A stretch of DNA of 63,443 nt, counting the filler, from Reticulomyxa filosa (lineage: Eukaryota; Protista; Foraminifera): assembly GCA_000512085.1 (NCBI GenBank). It is 14 parts of 14 records of this genome, joined end to end, with 100 filler letters (N's around TTAATTAATTAA, not from the genome) between each part and the next. Parts side by side here need not be neighbours in the genome. Positions count along the whole stretch, not along the records: positions 50,735 to 55,426 come from ASPP01008910.1; positions 55,527 to 57,697 come from ASPP01039875.1; positions 57,798 to 59,970 come from ASPP01000916.1; positions 60,071 to 62,295 come from ASPP01028219.1; positions 62,396 to 63,443 come from ASPP01000477.1; 9 more parts are not named here. The stretch is one strand, 5' to 3'. The notes beneath the pieces are model-generated. The model ran no database searches. It had not been told where the DNA came from and saw only the letters and a program-made list of their open reading frames with translations. Shown in pieces: positions 53,246 to 63,443 of the stretch (position 1 is its first letter; each line of letters opens with the position of its first letter). Both the position numbers and the translations under genes were made by a program.

Positions 53246-55271
53246 TCACTCATTGTCGTCCAACACCATATCATCGCTTTCTTCTTCGTCATTATTGTCT
53301 TTGTCAAAGTTACTGTCTTGAGCAATGTCATTATGAAAATTGGAATCTTTGTCGACAAGTTCAAATTTATGTGTATCAAGAAGATGGCGAGATCTGAACA
53401 ATGATTTATTGTCTTCTTCACTTGCTTTATTCTGAGTTGGATTGGAATTAGCTCTGCTGATTCTAATTTCGTCCAAAATTTTTTTGGCCATTTCTTTATC
53501 TTGTGGTGATTGATGTAGTATGCGATTAGCAAAATATTCTGCCTCTTTGAAATTTTTTCCTGCTAAGTGATATTTTGCCAAAAAAAATAATCCCTCGACC
53601 ATTCCAGAGCTTATTAAACAACTATGCGATACTTCGCTTCCATAGATATCATCATTTCGACGAATATATTCTTCATATTTTCTGGCGGCCTTGTTTCATG
53701 TGCAAGCACCAGCTTCTCCATCACATTTTTAAGAAGGGAAAAAAAGACGGTCAAAGGAAAAAAAACGTAACCAAGTCTTCTTCTCCAACATTAGCATACA
53801 GCTTTCCCAAACGGAAGACTGCTAAATTTTCTTGATCTTCGTTTTCCTCCGCACGCTTATAACATTTGATAGCTTGTTCAACTCTCCCTGCTTTTTCATA
53901 ACTTTGGGCCAAAGCACACCACATTCTTGCATCGAATGGGCGCATTTTGCATGCTTTTAAGTGATAGTAAATTGCATACGAATACATTTGAAGTAATTCA
54001 TAGGCCTGTCCCAATCCATACCAAACTCGATAATCATGTGGGTTCGTGTCCATCGCCTTGCTATTAGTTTTTTTTCCCCTCTTTATGTTTACATGCACAA
54101 AATATAACATTATTTTTTTTTTTTCATTTTAATAAGTACCGGTAAGCTTGAATGGCGGCTGCACTATTACGCATTTCAATATATTCATGGCCCATCAGAA
54201 TCCATCCGCTCACAAAATTTGGATTAAGTTTCATTGCTCTATGAAAATACAACACTGCTTTTTCATGCATCCCATACATGCCATAATAATTGCCAATTAT
54301 TGCGCACGTTTCTGGTCGGTACTTTGGTTTGTATATCGTCCATTTTGTTTGGAAAGTTGGAAACCAAACAAACAAGGCAAACCAGACAGCACACAATCTG
54401 AACTTTGTCAAGTTCCATAGCTCGATGTGCTAAAAAGCTAAGTTTTTTCCGTTGTTCTTTGACAAATAAGATATTGGAATAAACGTCCATCAACTCCATC
54501 ACACAAGGGTCCAAACTGATTAAATCCTATTTTTAAAAATTTGTTAACGCTTTTGTGCTGTTTTAATGTATACACTGTATATAATTGTTCTCCCTCCAAA
54601 CTTCGAATATATTCTGTGCATCGTCAAATTTCCTCAAGTTGTATAAAACCAACGCGGTATGGCCTAACAAATGCTGGTTCTGTATTGTCATTTGCACATG
54701 CACATAGCGACAGTACCACAACCATAAACACAAGCACAAAAAAGTGCAATTGAATCAAGGAAAGCCAATATAAAAAAGAAAAAAAAAGTTTAGAAGAAAT
54801 GAACATGCAAGTTCATATGCCTCAACAATAAATAAATATACATATGCATATATATGTATGTGTATATTTATTTATTTATTTATATATATACGTATAGCAC
54901 TCAGATGTTCCAACCTCTGGAATGCTGTTGGACAGTAAGCGAAAGTAGTTAATGACTTCAGCCGGATTATGAAATTCAGTTGTTTCCATCATTACCTCAG
55001 CTGTGAAAAAAGACGTCATCCAATGTGGCTTCAGTTGTTTATTGACATCCATAAACTATTCTTCCCCCCCCCCCATCACAATAATATATATACACATATA
55101 TAACATTTGGGACAACAAATGGACAATGCACTACATACACTCCGTTCATTGTCAATCAATTCAGCCAGCGAACGCCACGCACTCCAATTATAGGGATATG
55201 CATTCACTGCCGAGATCAACACGCTGCGTGCCTTATCATTTTGTTGCAGCTGTCGCAGCACACTTCCGTAT
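53246..55271 (-). CDS. CDC23: Anaphase-promoting complex subunit 8 (CDC23), TPR protein, 5' truncated, multi-exon
   Basis: [69 protein letters not shown]. Confidence 0.93.
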
Positions 55272-56239
55272 CTGTTGCACAATTGCACATGTGTTGCAAT
55301 TATACTATGTTGCAATGAAAACATGGAACTACAATAAAAAGTCTGGAGAGGTTTCTCAAATATTTTGTAGCTTATTATTTTCATTTCCTTTCCCCATCTC
55401 CTTTTCTCTCCTTTTTTTTTTTTTTTNNNNNNNNNNNNNNNNNNNNNNNNNNNNNNNNNNNNNNNNNNNNTTAATTAATTAANNNNNNNNNNNNNNNNNN
55501 NNNNNNNNNNNNNNNNNNNNNNNNNNCATTGGTTGTACATTACAAACTAATAAACATACGTATAAAAAAACTGAACAATTTTGATATACGGATTAATTAA
55601 GTTCCCGCGGCTTCGCAACACATATGTACATATTGAAACAATTTTGAGGAATTTTGAGCATCTACACAAAAAATACGAGTAATATCCTCACGAAAACGTT
55701 TCATCAAAAATAATAATACTCAAAATGGATTCGAGAAATTGTAGAAACGCATACAAATCCGAAACCAAGCTTTTTTTAAGCTATAAAAAATTCTTGATAG
55801 TTTTTCTGATCTAAAAAAAACTCTTTATATTCGCAACGTTTGTCAATGCTTTTTTTGCAATATTCATATGTCTTCCCATCCCAAAACCGTGAGAAACAGT
55901 AGTGGCAAATAACAATCCCAAAATTATAACGCTTTGATTGAATGTTCTGTTTCCCAAAACTCAAGACAATAACTTTTGTTTTTTTGTACCACATCGCTAC
56001 TGTGGCTTTCTTTGATTGATCAAAATTGGCTTTAGTTCACTTTAAGGAGCAGACTGTATGAGATTTTTGTTTTTGGAAAATTGTTTGCCCGAATAATATC
56101 GAGTTTTCATGTTCCTGAATATGAAAAAACTCAAAAACGTTGGAGTGTTGTTTCCTGTGCAAAGGGGTTTGTTAATTGATTTTTTTTTTTGGAACTCATG
56201 CATATAATATTTACTGTTCGTGCGTTTCTGTATGAATCA

Positions 56240-56695
56240 ATCATTGTCAAAATATTACCATTACTGCTGATAAAGACAGATTTAGTCAAAAGGAAACTGA
56301 TGCTATGTTGAAACAAGCAAAACAGTTAGTCGGAGAAGATAAAAAATTAAGAGAGGCAGTCGATGCCAAAAATAAGTTGGAATCGACCTCATATAATTTA
56401 AAAAACGGATTGACCGATGAAAATAAACTTGCGGAGCGTGTTTCTGAAGTCAACAAGGAAACATTGACAAAGGTATCATTATTGTCAAACTTTTTTCCTA
56501 TTTTACAATATTATTATCTAAATAAATGTGTTGCGGACACAACAGACTTGCAATGATGTTATTTCATTGACGGAAGAAAGCACTACTGCAGAACTTGATG
56601 GTCACAAAGACCAGCAACCAACTTTTGATCCAATCGTTCGATCAGTGTTAAAAAATTTCTGTCATAAGCGCACACTGTTGAAGTGGCGCTGGTGA
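56240..56695 (+). pseudogene. HSP70: Isolated HSP70 (BiP-like) C-terminal lid fragment with one intron
   Basis: NITITADKDRFSQKETDAMLKQAKQLVGEDKKLREAVDAKNKLESTSYNLKN versus canonical ITITNDKGRLSxEEIERM...DxxxKExxxAKNxLE. No recognisable upstream HSP70 sequence on the contig. Confidence 0.75.
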
Positions 56696-57847
56696 CATTG
56701 ATTACACTACGGATACTGACAGCACAAATTTGAAAATTTTTTTTTCATAATTTTAAAGCTGAAATGAAAAATATTTGAATGGATGGTTAACTTAATCGTG
56801 TAACTTCGACCTTTCAATATTAAAAATTCATTTTAATCTCATTTTGAAAATTATTTTGGCTGGTAAGAGTATAAGCCTTTTTTCTCCATCAAAACATCAG
56901 CAAAAATATTTTTTGAAGACAAAAAGCATCAGAAACCTTTTTTTTGAATGTTTTATAATGCATACGCACAAAATTTTGCATCGTTTTTATTATGCACACG
57001 TCCAAAATAACATTTTTTTTAAAAAATCCGAAACGCGCTTTCATTGAAGATGTATGCTTCGTAGTGTCACTTTTTTTGTGGGGAGGGACGTGATTACAAG
57101 GAAAAGTATGTTATATTTGTAATGCTATTTAGAAGCAATTTTTAGAAAAGTGATAAAAAAATATTTTTTTAACGCGCTGGCCAGAATTGACGAATACATC
57201 GTAAAATATTTGTTCATTTTTGAACTTTACATCAACATTAAAAAAACGGAAGCAAACATTTTTTTTGACGACTTAATAATTTTTATGCATGAACAAAACT
57301 TCCAACATTAAAATGTCGCATATTTTTTTCTCGTTTGGCCAAACTTTTGCGTGTGCAAAAAAAGTTTTGTGATGAATAGATGAATTTTTTCAAGGCAAAA
57401 AAAATGTGAAATAAACATAAAAACAGCATTTGAAATAATTAGTTACGAGCTAACGTTTTGTTCTCAACGAAAAAACAGATAAATTTTCTTTTTTTATAAA
57501 AAAAACAAGTTTTTTCTTATCCTAAAAATACTTCTATTGCATTTTCTAAAAATTGTTATAACGTAACAACTGGTTAAATTATACTTTTCCAGACCAAAAA
57601 AAAAGTTGCACCACGAAACGTATATCTTCAACCGACGTGCTTTTCGGATTTAAAAAAAAATTATGACAGACATTTTTGGACGCATGCACAAATGAAANNN
57701 NNNNNNNNNNNNNNNNNNNNNNNNNNNNNNNNNNNNNNNNNTTAATTAATTAANNNNNNNNNNNNNNNNNNNNNNNNNNNNNNNNNNNNNNNNNNNNTTT
57801 TTTTTTTTGTTTTAAAATGTTTCACTTTATTTATTTTGTTGCAATTA

Positions 57848-58408
57848 TTAAAAAAAACTCAAAAATAATGGCAAAACTGTTTGTAATTTTTCATCTTGCA
57901 ATTGCGATTGTAACTCTTTGATCAATAAAATAATTTGTCGAATTGATATCAATTGACATGAATTGTCCAAATGAGCTTTCATTTCACTTATTTTCCCTTT
58001 ATAATTGCATTCATTTTCGTGTTCTTCTTTTGGTTGGATCTTTTTCAAAGTGTATTGTCGAGGACATGTTACCAATAAATCTGATACTTGTTGTATCAAA
58101 GATTTATTCTTCACAAATTCACAATGATCGTGTTGTTGAATTGGGCATTTGCTATTGTTTTGCTTCAAGTACATTTGCAAACATTCTTCTCCGGCCAAGT
58201 ACATTTGTTCTGCATTTTCATGCTCATCGCATTGTAATTCCACTGCGTTGTTTGCAACTTGTTTGCAAATGCAGCAGATTAAATGGTTCAATTTCTGTTG
58301 ACTGTTAGTTAACAAAATCCAGTCTTTGTTATAACAGCCATAACCGGAAAATAGTTCTTTTTCATTTTCCACTTTTTTTTCATCACTTTCCATGTTCAAG
58401 GATAACAT
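57848..58408 (-). CDS. RING/TRAF-type zinc-finger protein N-terminus (foraminiferan expanded family), 3' truncated
   Basis: CYNKDWI...ICCICKQVANNAVELQCDEH...GEECL...CPIQQHDHC...LLVTCPRQY...CNYKGK...HLDNSC, followed by coiled coil. Confidence 0.8.
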   Translation of the reverse strand: MLSLNMESDEKKVENEKELFSGYGCYNKDWILLTNSQQKLNHLICCICKQVANNAVELQCDEHENAEQMYLAGEECLQMYLKQNNSKCPIQQHDHCEFVKNKSLIQQVSDLLVTCPRQYTLKKIQPKEEHENECNYKGKISEMKAHLDNSCQLISIRQIILLIKELQSQLQDEKLQTVLPLFLSFF

Positions 58409-60070
58409 TATCTATCCTTTTCTTTGTTATGATTAAGAGTTGTTTTTTTCCAAAAAAAATTGTATTTAAAAAGGGGATAACACGAGACTCTGTTTTTATA
58501 AAGTGGTTAACACTATTGGACATCTTTATTTATTTTTAATTTTCTAAGAAAATAAATGAAAACTACAGCAAAAATTTAATTACTTGCGTTTTTTTTTGGA
58601 AATACCTTGTGAATAAAAATAAAGACGATAATTTGTAAATCATATTTGTTTAATATAACAAAACGAATACAAGTGTAATTTGTAAATGTCTATTTTAAAT
58701 TCCTTGTTATTTCTATTTTCTTAAAAGAGTACTTTAAGAATAGATTAATTTGTTGAAACGAAGATTTAGACAGTTAGTTCAACTCTGTTGCTTGTTCTTT
58801 CAAGTGGTCATTTGTTTGTTTTTCGAATCTGGAGGTTCACATATTCTTCAAAGAGAAAATTGAAAAATAAATAACTCAATTTTTCTTTTTAATTGTTTTT
58901 AACAAAATTACAGGAATAAGCAATTATTGCCAACAGAGTAATTCATCTGTGAAATCTTCAATACACACAAAGAATAAACGATTGAATTGCACAAGTTTTA
59001 CTATTCAGACATTAGTAGGACTTTTTTTAATATCTATTTTGACTATTAATTTCAATATTCTTAGAAGGAAGAATTACATCAAGCAGACAGATAATAATTG
59101 AATCTCCAGGGTAAAAAGGGCTTGAGGATTTTATGTTTAGTCCAGTGTAAAGGTTTTCCAACTCCCCGCAAATGCAAACAGGTGAAAAAGAACAAGAAAT
59201 AATTGTAATTGATTTTTGTGAACTTGTGTTGTTTTTAAATAGAAAATCTTTATAAAAGAGAACTACATCTCTCCATTTTTGTAAAACTAAAAAAAAGAGG
59301 TTTTTTAACAGACTTCAACTCCAAAAATTTTTATTTGAAGTTTTGAGTGCCTATTATTAATAAAATAAAAAAAATGAAGCAAGAACATTGTCTAAAATTA
59401 TTTCTTAAAAACAATAACAACTCTTGTCCAATTCAATCACATGACATTAAATATAATTGGAAAATTAAATAATCATTTAATCAATGAATGCAATTTAAAT
59501 TTAATTAATGAGGTGAATAATGTTCAATTCATTTCCTTTTATTGTAAATTTAAAGATATTAATATTGCGATATTCAATTTCATTTTATAATCATAAATTC
59601 TTTCATTTCAACTGAAAAAGATAAATTTTTTTTAGAATCATTGACAGAAAGCATATATGGTGGTATTAAAACTAGTAAAGTCAAAATTCAAAACATTAAT
59701 TTCGAATAATTATGTTACACAGTATGTGTGGTAACATCCACAAACCATTTATGGTATATTCATGATAGTTATTTCATTGGATTAAGTTTGCTTCAAATAC
59801 GTCAACTCAAAGCCTTTTTTAAAAAGAAGGAAATCATTTGAATCCAAATTGTTTTCTTTTGTTCATCCAAAAATTGATTTTTTTTGAACGTGTAAGATAT
59901 GACAAGTCTTAACTTTTTTACAGAAGAATGTTGCCAATATATAAAAAAATTTTAAAAAACTTTTGAACTGNNNNNNNNNNNNNNNNNNNNNNNNNNNNNN
60001 NNNNNNNNNNNNNNTTAATTAATTAANNNNNNNNNNNNNNNNNNNNNNNNNNNNNNNNNNNNNNNNNNNN

Positions 60071-60289
60071 AATGATGACCCCTTCAATTTCCTCTTTCTT
60101 TTTATAAACCCTGTTGTCAATGATATATTATCCGCCAGTTGATTGAAAAATTCCTTGATAGTCTTTGATATGAAATCTATGTTTCTCATTTATAAGTTCT
60201 CTTATTAGTTAGTTACCTAAGAGAACTTATATTATTTGCCTGATATAGGCCATTCTAATTCCTTTCTTCTCCTTAACTTGACGCGTATG
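60071..60289 (-). mobile_element. IS4-family (IS231-like) left end and transposase N-terminus, truncated by contig end
   Basis: Terminal CATACGCGTCAAGTTAAGG (60289-60271). ATG at 60189 gives MRNIDFISKTIKEFFNQLADNISLTTGFIKRKRKLKGSS, like Wolbachia/Rickettsiales IS4 transposases (EFFN..AD.IS...GFIKRKRKL.GSS). Confidence 0.8.
60191..60231. promoter_or_regulatory. Perfect 14-bp inverted repeat immediately upstream of the IS4 transposase start
   Basis: TATAAGTTCTCTTA-N13-TAAGAGAACTTATA. Confidence 0.7.
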
Positions 60290-60370
60290 CAGCAAAAAAC
60301 TGTCTCATGTTGGATTTGCTTGGTTCCAGAAGATGGGTTAACGCAACACGTGGGAAATTTTGATAGGTTC

Positions 60371-61006
60371 TCAACCGTTTGCCGCTTTCAAAATTTCATT
60401 TATATCTGCATTGCCTAACAATGCTTTTTTGATAATTTCTCTTAAAAAGACTGTATCGCCGGATTCAGCAGAATCAAAATCTGTATTTTCGTATTTTTCT
60501 TGATCAAAATCGGGATCAGTGGTTGCTTCAATTTCCTTTATCCACCACCGAACAATTTTTAGATATACGTCAAAGATAGTACATATATCTTCAACCTTGA
60601 TTGGATGCTTATTATCATCCGCAATTATTGCGAACAACTCATGACCAATATCATTCCTCAAAATATATAAGCGCTCTATTTCATTAAATTCTTCTGCACT
60701 TATCGCGTCAAAATCCCGAAACAATTTTAATGCAGCTCTAAAAGCTTCATTCCCATGCTGGCCATCTTCTCCTTTACCATGTTCTTTGATTAGCTTTTTG
60801 AATTTATCTCCTCGCCGATAGACAATATCGCCTTCTTTAAATTCAATATGACTACAGAAGAATCCTTCGACCTGACCCAAAGTATATTTCTTGAATCTTT
60901 CAAAAAGCATCAACAGCAATCCAGCAAGTATAAGTTGCTCACGAATCTCTGCGCCATCTCCCCCGATGATTCTATTAAGTTTTTTGAATTCGTAGATTTG
61001 AGTCAT
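60371..61006 (-). CDS. Bacterial hypothetical protein, putative HEPN-superfamily RNase (Rx4H)
   Basis: Intronless 211-aa helical-looking ORF with LRNDIGHE (R-N-x3-H) and an upstream FE helix; KIVRWWIKEIE..TDPDFD tail. Confidence 0.6.
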   Translation of the reverse strand: MTQIYEFKKLNRIIGGDGAEIREQLILAGLLLMLFERFKKYTLGQVEGFFCSHIEFKEGDIVYRRGDKFKKLIKEHGKGEDGQHGNEAFRAALKLFRDFDAISAEEFNEIERLYILRNDIGHELFAIIADDNKHPIKVEDICTIFDVYLKIVRWWIKEIEATTDPDFDQEKYENTDFDSAESGDTVFLREIIKKALLGNADINEILKAANG

Positions 61007-61034
61007 AATTCGCTTTAAATTTATTCATGAGTTA

Positions 61035-61872
61035 GGTAGTGTGAACAAAATTTACAAGATTAAGAAGAAGAGGTAACTTCCTTGTATTCAACCAAAGGAG
61101 TTACCCTATGAAACATCACATAAATTCTTATACATGGGAACAGATATTATTATTTTTAAGGCAAGAAAAAAGAATCCATACAAAAGATAGCATCTCTCTA
61201 AGAAAGTTTATCGAGGGTATATGGTATATAGTGCGAAGTGGCTGTCAATGGAGGCTACTACCTGATTGTTATGGCGACTGGAGAGCAGTTCATCGTCGGT
61301 TTAAGAGATGGTCAGATATAGGTATTTGGATGCGATTGATGCAATATGTTGCTGATCCAGATAAAGAAGCAATGATAGTAGATGGAACAATTGTCAGGTC
61401 TCATGCCTGTAGTAGCGGTTATGGCAAGAATAGCCGGGACAACCAGGCTTTAGGCCGCAGTAGAGGAGGATTCAGTACAAAGATCCACACAGTTGTTGAT
61501 GCATTGGGTAACCCATTAAAATTTATCCTGACTGCGGGACAAAGAAACGAAATAACTCAGGCAGAACGATTAATAGGGGTTAACTCCGGCACTACTGTTA
61601 TTGCTGATAAGGGATACGATAGTAATGCTTTTATTGATTTCCTGCAAAGCAAAAAGTGCGCCTATGTTATACTAGGCAGAAAAAACCGTAAAGACAGGCG
61701 TATTATGATCAGCACTTATATAAAGAGCGACATCTGATAGAGTCTTTCTTTGGTAAAATAAAGCATTTCAGGCGCATATTTTCAAGATTTGATAAGACTG
61801 CTCTAACTTTCTTAAGCTTCTTACACTTTGTAGTGGCTCTTTTATGGTTACGTTAATTTTGTTCACACAACC
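61035..61872 (+). mobile_element. Complete IS5-family (IS427-like) insertion sequence, 838 bp, TA target duplication
   Basis: IRL GGTAGTGTGAACAAAATT and IRR (reverse complement) GGTTGTGTGAACAAAATT, each flanked by TA. Confidence 0.92.
61108..61856 (+). CDS. IS5-family DDE transposase with a 1-bp frameshift near 61702
   Basis: SGCQWRLLP..YG.W..V..RF.RW, IVDGTIVRSH, LGRSRGGFSTKIH, VIADKGYDS. The shifted frame continues YDQHLYKERHLIESFFGKIKHFRRIFSRFDK...WLR*. RBS AAGGAG at 61095-61100. Confidence 0.9.
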
Positions 61873-61874
61873 TA

Positions 61875-62110
61875 GGATTAGAATTACAATAAAACATTTG
61901 CACAAAGTTTAAAATAATTGACGCGTATAGAGCATTTTGGATACGAATCCATACATCACGGAACTCCAACATTTCTTCTCTATCACAGGGTATTTTGAAT
62001 ATATCAGTTAATGTTCTGCAAATTGCTATGTTTCTTACCACAAGGAAAATTTTCTCTACTACTTGCACTAGTTGTTTTTTCCGTAGTTATTCAATATTGT
62101 TATCAGGCAT
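61875..62110 (-). pseudogene. Bacterial small ORF, disrupted by an in-frame TAA (62087-62089) and the IS5 insertion
   Basis: ATG 62110 gives MPDNNIE*LRKKQLVQVVEKIFLVVRNIAICR...DVWIRIQNALYASIILNFVQMFYCNSNP, then the IS; it starts 2 bp after the upstream stop. Confidence 0.55.
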
Positions 62111-62112
62111 GA

Positions 62113-62295
62113 TTATTTGGTTTTAGGATATAATATAAATTTATAATATACTTCTTCAAGTATATTCAGCTCATTCTCATCTATATCTTGAAATATTTTT
62201 ATTTTCGCCCGTTGTGAGAATTTTCCCTGATTTTGTTCAAGGAAGCGAATTAATAATGATATTTTAGGTTTTATATCTAAATTATTTAATTGTAC
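62113..62295 (-). CDS. C-terminus of a probable long Fic-family protein (5' truncated)
   Basis: ISLLIRFLEQNQGKFSQRAKIKIFQDIDENELNILEEVY resembles the LLxRFLEQNxGKLSKRAR..EF..L...E...IE tail of large Fic proteins. The Fic motif itself is off-contig. Confidence 0.6.
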   Translation of the reverse strand, partial: VQLNNLDIKPKISLLIRFLEQNQGKFSQRAKIKIFQDIDENELNILEEVYYKFILYPKTK

Positions 62296-62645
62296 NNNNN
62301 NNNNNNNNNNNNNNNNNNNNNNNNNNNNNNNNNNNNNNNTTAATTAATTAANNNNNNNNNNNNNNNNNNNNNNNNNNNNNNNNNNNNNNNNNNNNTGAGA
62401 TATCGTTTTATGCGTTCAGTTTTCTTTGCAACATACTGTGTATTATTGGATGAATTTATATCAATTGTACGTTTACGAATAAGTTCAGATAGCGAGTGAT
62501 GTGTGGATTAAAAAAAAGGGTTGAGCCAAATGGAAGGAGAATAGACAAATATGTAACAACCAAAGTTGCATTTAACGCGATTAAAGCGGACATAAGAATG
62601 AATTTACGGCCAGGTAAAAGCAAGACTAACTGCAAGTATTTTTTT

Positions 62646-62706
62646 AATTTATTTGTTTATTTGTTTATTTATTTGTTTGTTTATTTGTTTGTTTATTTGT
62701 TTGTTT
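62646..62706. repeat. (TTTG/TTTA)n intronic-type microsatellite
   Basis: atttgtttatttgtttatttatttgtttgttt... Confidence 0.7.
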
Positions 62707-63443
62707 CAACAAATCATTGGAAATGGTAAATAATGAACATGCAAATTCATTGAACGACGATTTATATAAACAATTGATGCAATTGAAGGACCGCTATGTC
62801 CAAAATAGTCGTCAAGTTTCGGGCTTTTGCGTTGTATTTGTAAAAAAATGAGTAAAAGGGGAGTAGAGGTAATTGCATAGAAGGGATATTCATGTGATAC
62901 ACTTGATTCACACATAACACAAGACTTAGCTAAGTCAAAATGTCAAACAAAGTATCGAAGCAATCCAGAGTTCTCAGACAAATGGCTTAAAATAAAGACA
63001 AAATATTACATTTTTTTTTTTATCTCACAAATTTTTTTTTATAAAAAAAAAGCTGGTGTATATTCAACATACATAATGCATATACATACATGTAAATATA
63101 TGTTTACTTTGCAGTGATCCAAGATGTAGATACAATTTGTGTGCAATGCAAAATGCAAAAAAGAAAAATGTCAGTTCTATGCAGTCACAAAAAATTATGT
63201 GTACTGTATTTGTTGCATATTATCTAGATTTTCGATCATTGTGTATATACATATATATCATAAAATCATCAAAAAAAAATTCTTCTATCTTTATCGCCTT
63301 TTGCTTTTTTTTTTGAATTATTCTGCATAATCAAGTCAATAGCAATGATAATAATACAGTAGAATGCAAAGTAAAGTTGACACATAAAATGGCACCTTAT
63401 ATAGATGATTGATTTTCTATATGAAAAAACAACATTCAGACCT

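Noticed and set aside
61690-61740. Programmed frameshift in the IS5 transposase
   Set aside because: Two-ORF IS427-type elements shift at a slippery A-run mid-gene, and here that region is in frame. The break near 61702 has no slippery motif, so mutation or sequencing error is more likely.
4065-62395. Recurrent TTAATTAATTAA palindrome in N-runs as a biological repeat or CRISPR-like array
   Set aside because: Identical 100-bp synthetic six-frame-stop linkers. Adjacency across them, including bacterial next to eukaryotic DNA, has no meaning.
62400-62990. Possible equilibrative nucleoside transporter remnant on the minus strand (IASILC...DDYFG...hydrophobic exon)
   Set aside because: Similarity too weak and interrupted by stops to call without a search
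1-63443. rRNA, tRNA or CRISPR arrays
   Set aside because: None recognised by eye; a tRNAscan/Infernal run would be needed to exclude small RNAs

Overview
This window is not one locus. It is 14 unrelated contigs joined by artificial 100-bp spacers (N44-TTAATTAATTAA-N44). Thirteen are AT-rich, intron-rich eukaryotic DNA whose expanded WD40, kelch and RING/TRAF families resemble the foraminiferan Reticulomyxa filosa (my recognition, not database-checked). Recognisable eukaryotic genes are a >17-kb giant HECT E3 ligase, a transmembrane RING-H2 ligase, COPB2, CDC23/APC8, a pseudokinase, an AIG2/GGCT-like protein and an ABCA tail. There are also decayed fragments of midasin, HSP70, a Gypsy integrase and a Tc1 transposase. 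One contig (60071-62295) is bacterial, Rickettsiales/Wolbachia-like. It carries an IS4 end, a complete IS5 and a co-oriented Fic-tail / pseudogene / HEPN (RNxxxH) cassette. The most interesting observations are: (i) a 33-34-codon phase-0 exon cassette (IIxxWIRILxIKLGWxxDFDKxxxxY) placed N-terminal to WD40 propellers and C-terminal to a kelch propeller, a candidate lineage-specific adaptor module; (ii) the bacterial Fic-HEPN toxin/defence-like cassette; and (iii) a candidate 7-nt telomere repeat (TTAGGGC). All homology calls come from remembered family motifs; no searches were run.
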